Made by a program: the position numbers and the translations under genes
Assembly: GCA_965217775.1 (NCBI GenBank)
Contig: CBDCJH010000002.1
Coordinates: forward strand, 672,001 to 736,000
Source of the DNA: Acidobacteriota bacterium
GTDB taxonomy: Bacteria > Acidobacteriota > UBA6911 > RPQK01 > JAJDTT01
DNA: 64,000 nucleotides
Reading direction: 5' to 3'
Shown: in pieces, positions 10,211 to 20,123 of the stretch
Numbering within the stretch: the first letter of the stretch is position 1
Layout: the number at the start of each line of letters is the position of its first letter
Notes under the pieces: generated by a model
What the model saw: only the letters and a program-made list of their open reading frames with translations
What the model was told of the DNA's origin: nothing
The model's database searches: none

Positions 10211-10897
10211 TCAGAACAAGCCCCGCTCGGGCGCCGGGGCCAGGATGTCCGGATGGTTGTTCCGGACGCTGTTCACCTTGGTGCTGACGGCGCGCTTCTC
10301 GTAGGGGCCGGCGTAGGGTTCACGGACCAACTCAAGGAGCTTACTCGCCGACGATGACGGATCAAGCCAGTCGTCGAATCGGCCGGGGTCGACGATGGCG
10401 GGTTGACGGTGATGGACGTCCGTAAGTCCGGGAGCGGCCTCCGTGGTGATGATGGTGAACGTCTCGCGGGTTTCCGCCGGACTGCTCCAGCGCTCCCACA
10501 GCCCGGCGAACGACAGGAGAGAACCGTCGCCGAGGGCCAGAAAGTAGGGCTGCTTGTTGCGGCCGTCGCTTCGCCACTCGAACCACCCGTTCGCCGGCAC
10601 CAGGCAGCGGCGGGAACGGAAGGCGGAGGCGAACGACGGCTTGGAGTGCACCGTCTCCGACCGCGCGTTGATCAGCCGGAAGCCCATCCGGACGTCCTTG
10701 GCCCAGGATGGCACCAAGCCCCAGCGCAGCTTGACGACCCTGCGCCGGCCGGCCTCGTCGAGCCGGCAGGCCGCGAAGTCCTGGGTCGGCGCACCGTTGT
10801 ATCGGGGCGTCAGACTCGGCGGCGCGGCCGGTTCCTGATAGCGGTACAGGTCGTGGACCTGACTCCACGACATCATTTGAGTGAATCGTCCGCACAT
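10211..10897 (-). CDS. SOS response-associated peptidase (SRAP/YedK-HMCES, abasic-site crosslinking)
   Basis: N-terminal MCGRF, WGLVP, INARSET, RCLVPANGWFEW, HHRQP. Confidence 0.93.
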   Translation of the reverse strand: MCGRFTQMMSWSQVHDLYRYQEPAAPPSLTPRYNGAPTQDFAACRLDEAGRRRVVKLRWGLVPSWAKDVRMGFRLINARSETVHSKPSFASAFRSRRCLVPANGWFEWRSDGRNKQPYFLALGDGSLLSFAGLWERWSSPAETRETFTIITTEAAPGLTDVHHRQPAIVDPGRFDDWLDPSSSASKLLELVREPYAGPYEKRAVSTKVNSVRNNHPDILAPAPERGLF

Positions 10898-10917
10898 GAC
10901 CGGGCACTCTCCGTCTT

Positions 10918-12393
10918 CTATTCGGGAGGCGAATAGTCGAACTCGTCGAAAGGAAACATCGGCCGGGGCATCCTCACGAACGGGAGGGAGGTCAAGTCGG
11001 GACTGCAGCACCCGGGGCTGTTCACGACGATGATGGAACGAGCGATGGGTTCGTACTCGGTGCGCATCCCCAGGGGTGACTTGACCAACACCAGCTTCAT
11101 GTCCCGAGGTTCGATTCCGTGGCTTCGATACAACTCCGGATCGGTCGTGGGGACGGGCCGCTGGGAAATCAGCAAGCGGATGCGTCCGATCGACAACACG
11201 ACAGCCCTCCCCATCATGACCAACCGGCCGGTGTAGACGCGGCCCTTGTAGCGGAACTCGCCGTCGGAAATGAGCTTGACCTTGCCCGTGACGCGAACCG
11301 GTGTAGCGTAGTCAGGATCCAACTTTCCCCCGACCCGCAGGGTGACGGTATTCCCGACCCCCGCCCGAATCGCCTCCTCGACCGCGCCAGGATCGACGAC
11401 TACGGCCGCCACCGGCGCATCGATTCTTTTTTTCAGAATACCGGCCAGAATACTGGTTCCGTCGCCGGGCGCGCCCCCCATGGTGCCGTCCGCACCCTCC
11501 CCAAGCACCACCGGACCCCCAGGTGTTTTCAGAGCCTGCTCCAAGGCCTCGTCCACCGAGGGAAGGGAAATGACAAAAGACTTCCTGACGGACCAGATGA
11601 AGCGGGCCAGTTCATCGGTCTGCGATTTGGCTCGAGCCGGATCCTTGTCCGTGATGACCAACGAGGCCCAACCCAACTCCTGCACGTCCATCCAGGGTTG
11701 GACTGCAAACACCGAAGCGGAGATCGTTGCTCCTTGGCCCTCCAAGGACCGGACACGGTCATAAATCCGGCGGAATTCGCCCCGGTCGGTGAGCATGTTT
11801 TCCGCTTGGACCACCATCGGGATCTTTACGGCGTGCATGGTGGGGCGGACCTCGCGCCGGAGGCGGGAAACCATCAAGTCACCCGCTCGCCGTCCGGTGT
11901 CGTAGAGATCCACGTGAGGACAGGTCTGATAGCCTACCAGGGCGTCGGCATTCTCCCACATGGTGCGGGTCAGGTTGGAGTGGAGATCCAAGGTCGCGAC
12001 GATGGGAACCGAGGGCCCCAACAGTGCTCTCAGCTCCCGCAGGATGGTGCCGTCGCAACTGTCGATTCCCTCGCCGGCCCAGGCGCCGTGCAGCGCCAGG
12101 AGCAACCCGTCCAGGGGCCGGGCCTTCCTGATTCCCTCCTTGAGGTCGTCAAGCAGCGATTGGAAATCATACGCCTTGATCCTGCCGTAACTTACGGCCC
12201 ACCCACCCAGAATGGGCGCAATCTGCGCCCCCGCCTCGGTCAGGGCATCCACGAATCCATGAATTTCACTGTTTTCCGTTTTGTGGCTTTCGATCAACTC
12301 GTGACCGGGAGTCATCAGGAAATGGCCGCGGACCGTGGCTTGAGGGGAAAAAGTATTCGTCTCTTGCAATAATGCGGCAATTGCCACTTTCAC
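10918..12393 (-). CDS. M81 family metallopeptidase (MlrC-like)
   Basis: QETNTF, LALHGA, DLHSN, PHVD and VKS motifs; GTG start inferred. Confidence 0.9.
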   Translation of the reverse strand: MKVAIAALLQETNTFSPQATVRGHFLMTPGHELIESHKTENSEIHGFVDALTEAGAQIAPILGGWAVSYGRIKAYDFQSLLDDLKEGIRKARPLDGLLLALHGAWAGEGIDSCDGTILRELRALLGPSVPIVATLDLHSNLTRTMWENADALVGYQTCPHVDLYDTGRRAGDLMVSRLRREVRPTMHAVKIPMVVQAENMLTDRGEFRRIYDRVRSLEGQGATISASVFAVQPWMDVQELGWASLVITDKDPARAKSQTDELARFIWSVRKSFVISLPSVDEALEQALKTPGGPVVLGEGADGTMGGAPGDGTSILAGILKKRIDAPVAAVVVDPGAVEEAIRAGVGNTVTLRVGGKLDPDYATPVRVTGKVKLISDGEFRYKGRVYTGRLVMMGRAVVLSIGRIRLLISQRPVPTTDPELYRSHGIEPRDMKLVLVKSPLGMRTEYEPIARSIIVVNSPGCCSPDLTSLPFVRMPRPMFPFDEFDYSPPE

Positions 12394-12478
12394 GGAAAGG
12401 CTCCCTCGTTCTCTATTCCTCAACGGAAAAGTCTAGGGTCATGCCGTTCAACCTACAAGTCTTCCAGGAGTTGTTCCC

Positions 12479-13426
12479 ATGAATCGAAGAAATTTTATCG
12501 AGACCGGTCTGACGGCCGGTGTGGCGGCCGCCTCGACCGGCATTCCCCAGGCGCAAGGGAAGAAAACGGGCCGGCTCACGCTCCCGCAGCCGCGCAAGAT
12601 CGCGCAGGAGGTGTTCGGCGCCGGCGGCTACGATGCCATCTGGTACCTGGTGAACGTGGGATTCGTGGTCCGCCTGGGAGAGGTCTGCATCTTCCTGGAC
12701 CCGATTCTCCAGAGCGGCAATCCCCTGTACGCCAAGTTGCGCCAGCAGCGTCAGCGTGCGGATCGGCTGCCGCCGGAGGTTCGATTCTACGATCCCGGCA
12801 GCCTCTACCTGGAGACCGAGCACTACCCGCTCTCCGGCTCCGACGTGAAGCGGGCCGACTACGTTCTCCTGACCCACGACCACACCGACCACTGCGAGCC
12901 CCGGTCGGTCAAGGCCCTTTCCCGCCACAATCCCAGGATCCTGGCTCCGCCGTCGTGCCACTCCATGTTGACTGAAGCAGGAGTTCCCAAGGAGCAGTTG
13001 CAGCCGGTCGCGCATGGGGAACGCATCCAGGGGGAGGGCTTCACCATTCAGATTCAATACGCCCACCATAGGAATTCGGAGGGCGCTTGCGGATTCCTTC
13101 TGGAGACCCGCTACGGCAACATCTACCATCCGGGCGACGGCCGCTTCGACCACCCCCACAAGGCCGAGAACTGCGGGCTGAAGGTGGACTACCTGCTGCT
13201 TCCCATCAACGACACCAACCTGGGCGTGGGATTCGCGGCCCTCCTGACCCGGATCCTGCAGCCCAAGGTGGTCATTCCCTGCCACTACGGATTCACCTCG
13301 CCGCCGGTACGTTCCCAGGGCGGACACCCGGCCGAGTTCGTCACCGCCCTGGCGGCGCGCAACTACCGGTTGCCGGCCACCGATATCGCGATCCTCAAGC
13401 CGGGAGGGAAGGTCGTCCTGGTCTGA
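12479..13426 (+). CDS. MBL-fold metallo-hydrolase (UlaG-like), Tat-exported
   Basis: NRRNFI Tat leader, THDHTDH (HxHxDH), YHPGD, IPCHY. Confidence 0.88.
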   Translation: MNRRNFIETGLTAGVAAASTGIPQAQGKKTGRLTLPQPRKIAQEVFGAGGYDAIWYLVNVGFVVRLGEVCIFLDPILQSGNPLYAKLRQQRQRADRLPPEVRFYDPGSLYLETEHYPLSGSDVKRADYVLLTHDHTDHCEPRSVKALSRHNPRILAPPSCHSMLTEAGVPKEQLQPVAHGERIQGEGFTIQIQYAHHRNSEGACGFLLETRYGNIYHPGDGRFDHPHKAENCGLKVDYLLLPINDTNLGVGFAALLTRILQPKVVIPCHYGFTSPPVRSQGGHPAEFVTALAARNYRLPATDIAILKPGGKVVLV

Positions 13427-13589
13427 ACCTGGCGGGCCCCCACCGCCCGGGTTGGACCAGCCGGAAGTTGCGGCGGGAATGCCTCAAGCGTACCCTTGCG
13501 ACGGCCTGTGAGTGGTCCTCGGAAGCCGGATCAGTCGCCATTTCGGCCAGACAATCGAGGCAGAACTACCGATCGTGGAAGGAAGGCAC

Positions 13590-15113
13590 ATGAACCGTAT
13601 CGTAACCGTCGTCCTGGTGGGATTCTCGATCACTCTAGGAAGCTGGACCCGACTGCCGGCCCAACACATCCCGCGGGTGACTCCCGAGCACAAGCAGCTC
13701 TTCGTCGACGACTACCTCATCGGGAAGCTGGTCAACGTCAAGCGCACTCTGCATCAGCCCACCAAGCACCCGGACCCCATGGTCCGGCCCGTCCATCCCT
13801 GGGAAAACTTCGTGGTGCAGACACGTACGGCCCCGATCTGGGACCCGGAAGAGAAGATGTGGAAGTTCTTCTACATGGCCTTTGCGAAGAAGGGGAAGGG
13901 GACGAAGGAGCAGCATACCTCCCTGTACGCCATCTCCACGGATGGACTCCGCTGGGACAAGCCGGTGCTGAACCTGATCGAATGGAACGGGTCCAAGGTC
14001 AACAACCTGGTGGCCCACCACGATCGCGGCGACCAGTTCTTGTATCACGTCGTCTACGATCCCCACGACGTGCCGGAACGGCGCTACAAAGGCATGTTCG
14101 GTCTTGGGAAGCGGCAACCGGCGGTATCTCCGGATGGCCTTCACTGGACGCCCCTGGAGGTCTCCGCCGTCCCCAGCGCCGATGAATCGCAGTTGATCTA
14201 CGACGAGCTGGGCAAGCAGTTCCTCTCCACCGTCAAGCACGCCGCACCTTACGGACGGTCGGTCTATCTCACCGTGAGCAAGGATTTCGCAAACTGGACC
14301 GAGCCCAGGCTCATCTTCCATGCCGACGGCGAGGACCAGGTCCTGGGCCGGCAACGGATCGCCGATCGCATGTCCGATCCCCGTTGGGTTCCGATGACCA
14401 TCAACCAGCCCTCGCACTACAACGTGGACATCTACAACATGCCGGTCTTCCCCTACGAGGGCATGTACCTGGGTCTTCCCATGAAGTTCCATCAGACCGG
14501 TCCCACGCCCATCGGCAACCAGGACGGTTTCCACATGGTGGAGATGGTCTCCACCCGGGACCTGATGGAATGGCAACGGGTGGCGGGACGGGCCATCTTC
14601 ATTCCCCTCTCCTACGACGGGTTGGGCCGCTACGACACCGGCACCATCGTTCCGCCGACGCGTCCCATCGTGAGGGAGGGTGAACTCTGGTTCTACTACA
14701 GCGGTATGCGGCGGCGCTTTCAGCCGGACAACATCGGCCCTCTCGTGGACGGAAGACGGCGCTACGTCTCGGTCCCGGACAATGGGGCCATCCTGCTGGC
14801 CAAGTTGCGTCTGGACGGGTTCGTCTCCATGGATGCCGGCCACCAGGAGGGGACTCTTACGACCGTGCGCCTGCACCTGGAAGGCAAACGGATGTTCGTG
14901 AACGCCGACGCGTCCGGCGGCCAGATCCGGGCCGAGATCCTGGGCCCGACCGACACCTTCTCGTTGGACAAGAGCGTGCCGGTCCAGGGAGATCATCTGA
15001 AGGCGGAACTCAAGTGGAAGGGGACTCCCGACTGGGCCGCACTGGAAGGGAAGCAGGTCCGGATCCGCTTCCACCTGCGCCAGGCACGCCTCTTCGCATT
15101 CTGGACCGAATAG
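13590..15113 (+). CDS. secreted five-bladed beta-propeller glycoside-hydrolase-like protein
   Basis: Signal peptide, QLFVDD, SxDG(L/I)xW boxes, C-terminal LRLDGFVS; paralogous to 36498-38045. Confidence 0.7.
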   Translation: MNRIVTVVLVGFSITLGSWTRLPAQHIPRVTPEHKQLFVDDYLIGKLVNVKRTLHQPTKHPDPMVRPVHPWENFVVQTRTAPIWDPEEKMWKFFYMAFAKKGKGTKEQHTSLYAISTDGLRWDKPVLNLIEWNGSKVNNLVAHHDRGDQFLYHVVYDPHDVPERRYKGMFGLGKRQPAVSPDGLHWTPLEVSAVPSADESQLIYDELGKQFLSTVKHAAPYGRSVYLTVSKDFANWTEPRLIFHADGEDQVLGRQRIADRMSDPRWVPMTINQPSHYNVDIYNMPVFPYEGMYLGLPMKFHQTGPTPIGNQDGFHMVEMVSTRDLMEWQRVAGRAIFIPLSYDGLGRYDTGTIVPPTRPIVREGELWFYYSGMRRRFQPDNIGPLVDGRRRYVSVPDNGAILLAKLRLDGFVSMDAGHQEGTLTTVRLHLEGKRMFVNADASGGQIRAEILGPTDTFSLDKSVPVQGDHLKAELKWKGTPDWAALEGKQVRIRFHLRQARLFAFWTE

Positions 15114-15121
15114 GCTGATCC

Positions 15122-16501
15122 ATGACCGATCGGAAATCGCCACAACCGCGTGTGATGCGGGTCTCGGGAGAGACCATCACGGCCCTGGCCTGGATCGGGC
15201 CCATGCTCATGCTCCTGGCCGAGGCCATCGGCAGCGGCGAGATTCTCACCGAGCCCGTCGCCGGCGCCCGCTACGGAGGAGCCCTGCTCTGGCTGATCCT
15301 CCTGACCATCGTCACCAAGGCGTTCTGGAACGAAGCCATCGGCCGGGTCTGCATCGTCACCGGTCAGAACTTCCTGGAGGTGTGCTCCGGGATGGGAGCG
15401 CCCTGCTCCTGGGTGCCCTGGATCTGGTTCTGCGTCAACCTGATCAAGGACTTCCTGCTGCGAGGCGGGATCGTGGCCATCGCCGGGCTCATCTGCCACG
15501 ACATCTTCGGCGGCCTGCTGCCGGGAGCGGGAGAGGTCCAGCAGCAGGTCTTCTGGACCTTCCTCAACTTCCTCCTGGTCTGGGTGATCCTCATCGCCGG
15601 CGGCTACCGGCCGGTGGAGACCTTCAACACGGTCATGTGCCTGCTCTTTACCCTCAGCCTATTGATCTGCGCCAGTTTCGTGGCTCCGGACGTGACCGGA
15701 GAGCTGGGCCGGGGGCTGGTGCCGCGAATGGCCACCGACTTCGACCAGTTGCTGGTCATGATGTCGCTGGCCGGCATCGTCATGGCCGGCTCGGGCACCA
15801 TCAAGTACAGCGCCTGGGCCGAGGAGCGGGGGATGGGCCTTCTGGGCCACGCCCGGGAAAAGGGCCGTTTGACGCGGGAGCAGTTTCAGCCCAACTCACC
15901 GGAGGAGGTGAGCCGCATGCGGGGCTGGCTGCGGATCAACCGGACCAACATCGTCCTGACCTATGCGCTGGGCCTCATCGTCTGCATGTCCACCTTCATC
16001 CTGGGGGTGGGAATTCTGCACCCGGCGGGGATCACGCTTGCGGGTCCCGGCCTGGCGCGGGAGTTGAGCCTGATGATGACGGAGGTGCTGGGACCCTGGT
16101 CCCGGAACGTCTTCTATCTGGGCGCATGGGCCGCCATCATCAGCACCGCCATCTCCATCTTCGACGGCTCCTCGCGCATGTTTCTGCAGCCCCTGCGGAT
16201 GAAGGCGCCGGGGCTGTTCGGCAAGATGTCTCCCCAGGTCTGGCAGAAGCTGATCCTGAGCCTGATGATGGTCGGCTCCTGGGTCGTCTACGCCTTCTTC
16301 CCCAAGCCGATCACGCTGGTCCTGGTCATGGGGGCCATCGATACACCCATGATTGGCATCATGATGGTGGCCTACGCCTTCCTGGGGCGGAAGTATCTAC
16401 CGGCCGAGTACCGCTACGGCAAGGCCTGGTGGGCAAGCATCCTGTTGATGGGGTGCCTCTACCTGGCCCTGGGAGTGACCTACGCGTTTCTGAAGGGCTG
16501 A
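15122..16501 (+). CDS. Nramp-like (APC superfamily) transporter
   Basis: About 11-12 hydrophobic segments. It has an IGSGE motif instead of the canonical DPGN, so the substrate is uncertain. Confidence 0.75.
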   Translation: MTDRKSPQPRVMRVSGETITALAWIGPMLMLLAEAIGSGEILTEPVAGARYGGALLWLILLTIVTKAFWNEAIGRVCIVTGQNFLEVCSGMGAPCSWVPWIWFCVNLIKDFLLRGGIVAIAGLICHDIFGGLLPGAGEVQQQVFWTFLNFLLVWVILIAGGYRPVETFNTVMCLLFTLSLLICASFVAPDVTGELGRGLVPRMATDFDQLLVMMSLAGIVMAGSGTIKYSAWAEERGMGLLGHAREKGRLTREQFQPNSPEEVSRMRGWLRINRTNIVLTYALGLIVCMSTFILGVGILHPAGITLAGPGLARELSLMMTEVLGPWSRNVFYLGAWAAIISTAISIFDGSSRMFLQPLRMKAPGLFGKMSPQVWQKLILSLMMVGSWVVYAFFPKPITLVLVMGAIDTPMIGIMMVAYAFLGRKYLPAEYRYGKAWWASILLMGCLYLALGVTYAFLKG

Positions 16502-16561
16502 CGGCCCGTGGCAAAGTTGTGTGTGAGAGAAAAAGGGGTGTGGCGGGAGAGACGGAGATGC

Positions 16562-19500
16562 TCACGCAGAGGCTCGACTGCTCTGCGAGTCCCAGTCGCC
16601 GTTTACCGTCACCTGGGAAATTGAACTGCCCAGGGTTTGCCGTGCGATTTCCAAGAGGTGGAGGTGGTGGGTGAAAAAGAGCACTTGTGTCTTCTTGGCC
16701 AATTCGCCCAGCACTTGGAAGCCGGCTCGTGCTCGGTCGTTGTCGAAGTTGACGAACAGATCATCGGCGACGAACGGCAGGGGGGAGGCATGCTCGAGAT
16801 AGTCTTCCATGGCAGCGATCCGCAAAGCGAGATAAAGCTGGTCCCCGGTTCCGCTACTCATTCCTGGTACGCGTACAACTTCGCCGCTCGGTCTCAATCC
16901 GGTCAGATGGGCTTTGTCCTTGGCATCGTAATCAACTCTAAGTTCGGTAAAAGAACCTCCCGTGACGGTTGCAAAGAGCTGACCGGCGCGTTGGAGAAGA
17001 GGCGCCTGCTTTTCTCGCCGATAGCGGTCGATTGCCCATTGCAGCAAAAGAGCAGAGGTTTGCACACGGACATAACGCTCGGAAATTTCACCGATCTCCA
17101 CCAGAGCTTCCTGCCGTGTTGATTCGGCTCGGGCTGCCACCGCGTCACCACCGATCGCCTGGAACGCGTTTCTGGCCTCTGCCCGCTTCTCGGCAGCTTC
17201 AGCCAACTGCTCCTGCAATCTCTTCAGCCGTGCGCCGGTGGTGTTTTCCCGGGCCACAATCTGGTCGATATCGACGTGGTCGCATTCTTCTTCCAGTTCA
17301 GCCGCTGTCAGGCCGTCCCCCTGTTGCTTCAGCGTTCGCAGAACAGTGTCCAGCTCAATTTGCACGGCGCGAAGAGAATCGGATTTTTCGATGGCCCTCC
17401 TCAGTTCCTCGCTCGTCTCGACGCCGGCCGCGTCCTTGAGGTAGTTCACTGATCCGCGCGCCGTTTCACGTTTCTCATCCAAAGCACGCAGGTCGTGCTC
17501 GAGTTCTCCCATCTCCTGCTCTTTCTTGGCCTTGATGTCCCGTATGCGTCGAGCTCTCATCAGGCGATTCTCGATCTCCAGGACCGCCTCCTCTGCCGGT
17601 GTGCCGGCAAGGTCTACTGCCACGTCATCGACCATCGTTGCGACAACGGCCTCGAAGTCGATGATGTCGCGCTTGATCTTGCCGATGCGTTGGTAGCGCA
17701 GATCGTTGATCCGCAGGGATTTTTCCCGGATCTGTTCCATGACTTCGATCAGAGCGGAAACCGAATCCGGGTTCGAGCCTGTCGTAAGTCCAACATCGGT
17801 CAAGGCGTCCGACCAGTCTTTCTGCCAGCGCAGCCATGCCTGCCGTGCCCGATCCAGTTCACGGCGCCGCCGCCCCACCGTCTGTTCAGCCTCCTTCAAG
17901 CGTTCTTCCAATTGATTCCTGGTTTTTGCCTCTTCTTCGTAGTCGATTCGTAACCCCTCGGCGCGTTCCAGCAATATCCGAAGTGTGTCGTCTCTCAAAG
18001 TTCCGCGCTCGGCGCCGAGTGACGACAACTCCTTTAAGAGACCCTCCCTCGCTTCGCGTTCCTCTTCTTTCAGGACTTCCATTGCACTGGTGGCTTCGGC
18101 CCGATCTTCAACGGCTTCCAGCAAGCTTGTTCTTGCTCTCAGCCACTCCAGCATGAGGTCGGGAGCAAGCGCAGAAATCGGCGCCTCTTTCCATAGTGCC
18201 TGCCAATCCGCATCCAGGCGTTCGCCCTCCCGGAGGAGTGTCTCCTGCCGCTCGCGCATTTGGGCCACACTCGCCATTTGCTCGTCGATGCTGCGGGACA
18301 TCTCCGTCAGGCGTCCGACCGCTTCGGCGTTGTCGAATCTTCGATCCGCCAAGTCGTCGGCATGGCGTATTGCGGGTTCGAAGGCCGCCGCCAGGTCATC
18401 GAGCGCATCGGCATGGCGATCGGCCTCCTTTTTGGAAATGGGCCGATTGGATATGTGTTTTTTCTTGACCAGTCTCCAGAGGGCGTCACGATCAGCTCGA
18501 GCCTCTTGGAGTGTTCCGACCGAAACAACCTGCTCATCCCGTACAGCGCTCCGGAAATTTCTGCGGGCCCGATCAAGTTCCTCCTCCGAGGTCTCACGTT
18601 GCCGGACCGTGTCGCGGGTGCGTCGTTCCCAATCCTGAAGGCTGTCCCGATGCGCGTGCACCATAGTCTCCGGTGGCACCCGCATTTCTGCGGCGGCTCT
18701 TGCATTTGGGACTGTCGGGTTCATGGAGGCAAGAAGTCGGTCCAGCCGATCCTGCGTATGTTTGACTTCCCGTACCGCCCGGCGCAGGCGCCCGGTAACG
18801 TCGCCATGTTCCCGAATCGTCTTGATGACGGCTCTCAATCCGGAAACGTCGGGGGCCGTACCGAAAGCCTCGATCGTCTGCTCAAAGTCGTCGCGTTCGA
18901 CCTCTGCTTCTTGCAGGCTGCCGGCTCGATTCTCGAGGTCCGAGGCCAGCCTGCCTCGTTGACCAAGAAGGGACCTCACAGCGCGAAGCTTGGTCCGTGC
19001 CGGTATTCGTGCGACCACCTTGCGGGCGTCCTCCCTCCAGCCCAACTCTGTAGACAGATCGCGCAACTCGGCTTCCACCGCTTCGAGTTCGGCCTGCCGC
19101 TTCGGGAGGTCGGCTTTCTCGCGACGGATCTCTATCCGGCGTTCATGGAGGTCCAAGATATCGTGAGAGCGTAGGATCAGCCTATTGTCGAAGGTGAGGT
19201 TCGCCAGTTCTTCGCGCGCCTTTGCCAAATGATCGGAAAGCGTGTCGATTCGGGTCGACAACTCGTTGTCCCGGCGCTCGGCTTCTTCGAGGACACTGCG
19301 GGCATCATCAGGCAGTGAGATGACCCTTTCAAGATCCGCGATATCTGTCTCCTCTCTCAGTACGGCCATGCGACAGACATCGAGATACACTCTCCGGATT
19401 CGGCTCAGCCGTCGACCTTCGGCAGATAGTTTCTCGAACTCGGACTCGATTTCCCCATAGGCCTCTTCCGCACGCTCGTACGCCTTTTTCGATTCCTGCC

Positions 19501-20122
19501 ACATGTTGGCCGTGAGGGTCTGCTGCCGCAGCTCCGTTCCTGCATTTGTAAACCGGTCGTGCGCTTGATAGTACCTTCTATACTTCGCTCTTCTTGGCGC
19601 CCAGAGTTCATTGGCTTCTTGGGTGAGTTCTCCGAGCAGATCTCGCAGACCTCCGATTCCGGCGCCCACCGAAAACAGCATCTGGCCGATGTCGTCCTCC
19701 GCATCCAATATCTCCCGGCCGCCGGTTTCGAGCCGAACGTGGTCCAGACTGAACATCCGTTCGAAGAAGGAACGATCAGCGCCTGCCAGTAGAGGTTGCA
19801 ACGCGGTCTCGCCGCCCGGAATCGGCAGATTGTCAGTTCCGAGAAGCGTATCCTTCGAACCCTTGCGGCGAACCACCTCCAGGGAAACCTGGCCATTCTC
19901 GAGAACTGCGCCGATTCGCAGACTCGCGTAGTCGTGCAGAAAATTGTAGGGCGATCTCACGGGGACGCCGAACAGGAGATCCTCGATAGCGGCCAGGGCA
20001 GTGGATTTTCCGGCCTCGTTGGGACCGAACACGATGTGGAGATCGACGTCGCCTGCCGGAAGCTCGAAGGAACGATCCGTGAAGTGCCCGTAGCGAAGAA
20101 GGTCAAGGCGTCTCACCCGCAT
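16562..20122 (-). CDS. yhaN: YhaN-family SMC/Rad50-like coiled-coil ATPase
   Basis: GPNEAGKST Walker A, long coiled coil, MSSGTGDQLYLALR signature, FVADDLFVNFD Walker B, FTHH. Confidence 0.9.
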   Translation of the reverse strand: MRVRRLDLLRYGHFTDRSFELPAGDVDLHIVFGPNEAGKSTALAAIEDLLFGVPVRSPYNFLHDYASLRIGAVLENGQVSLEVVRRKGSKDTLLGTDNLPIPGGETALQPLLAGADRSFFERMFSLDHVRLETGGREILDAEDDIGQMLFSVGAGIGGLRDLLGELTQEANELWAPRRAKYRRYYQAHDRFTNAGTELRQQTLTANMWQESKKAYERAEEAYGEIESEFEKLSAEGRRLSRIRRVYLDVCRMAVLREETDIADLERVISLPDDARSVLEEAERRDNELSTRIDTLSDHLAKAREELANLTFDNRLILRSHDILDLHERRIEIRREKADLPKRQAELEAVEAELRDLSTELGWREDARKVVARIPARTKLRAVRSLLGQRGRLASDLENRAGSLQEAEVERDDFEQTIEAFGTAPDVSGLRAVIKTIREHGDVTGRLRRAVREVKHTQDRLDRLLASMNPTVPNARAAAEMRVPPETMVHAHRDSLQDWERRTRDTVRQRETSEEELDRARRNFRSAVRDEQVVSVGTLQEARADRDALWRLVKKKHISNRPISKKEADRHADALDDLAAAFEPAIRHADDLADRRFDNAEAVGRLTEMSRSIDEQMASVAQMRERQETLLREGERLDADWQALWKEAPISALAPDLMLEWLRARTSLLEAVEDRAEATSAMEVLKEEEREAREGLLKELSSLGAERGTLRDDTLRILLERAEGLRIDYEEEAKTRNQLEERLKEAEQTVGRRRRELDRARQAWLRWQKDWSDALTDVGLTTGSNPDSVSALIEVMEQIREKSLRINDLRYQRIGKIKRDIIDFEAVVATMVDDVAVDLAGTPAEEAVLEIENRLMRARRIRDIKAKKEQEMGELEHDLRALDEKRETARGSVNYLKDAAGVETSEELRRAIEKSDSLRAVQIELDTVLRTLKQQGDGLTAAELEEECDHVDIDQIVARENTTGARLKRLQEQLAEAAEKRAEARNAFQAIGGDAVAARAESTRQEALVEIGEISERYVRVQTSALLLQWAIDRYRREKQAPLLQRAGQLFATVTGGSFTELRVDYDAKDKAHLTGLRPSGEVVRVPGMSSGTGDQLYLALRIAAMEDYLEHASPLPFVADDLFVNFDNDRARAGFQVLGELAKKTQVLFFTHHLHLLEIARQTLGSSISQVTVNGDWDSQSSRASA

Positions 20123-20123
20123 T

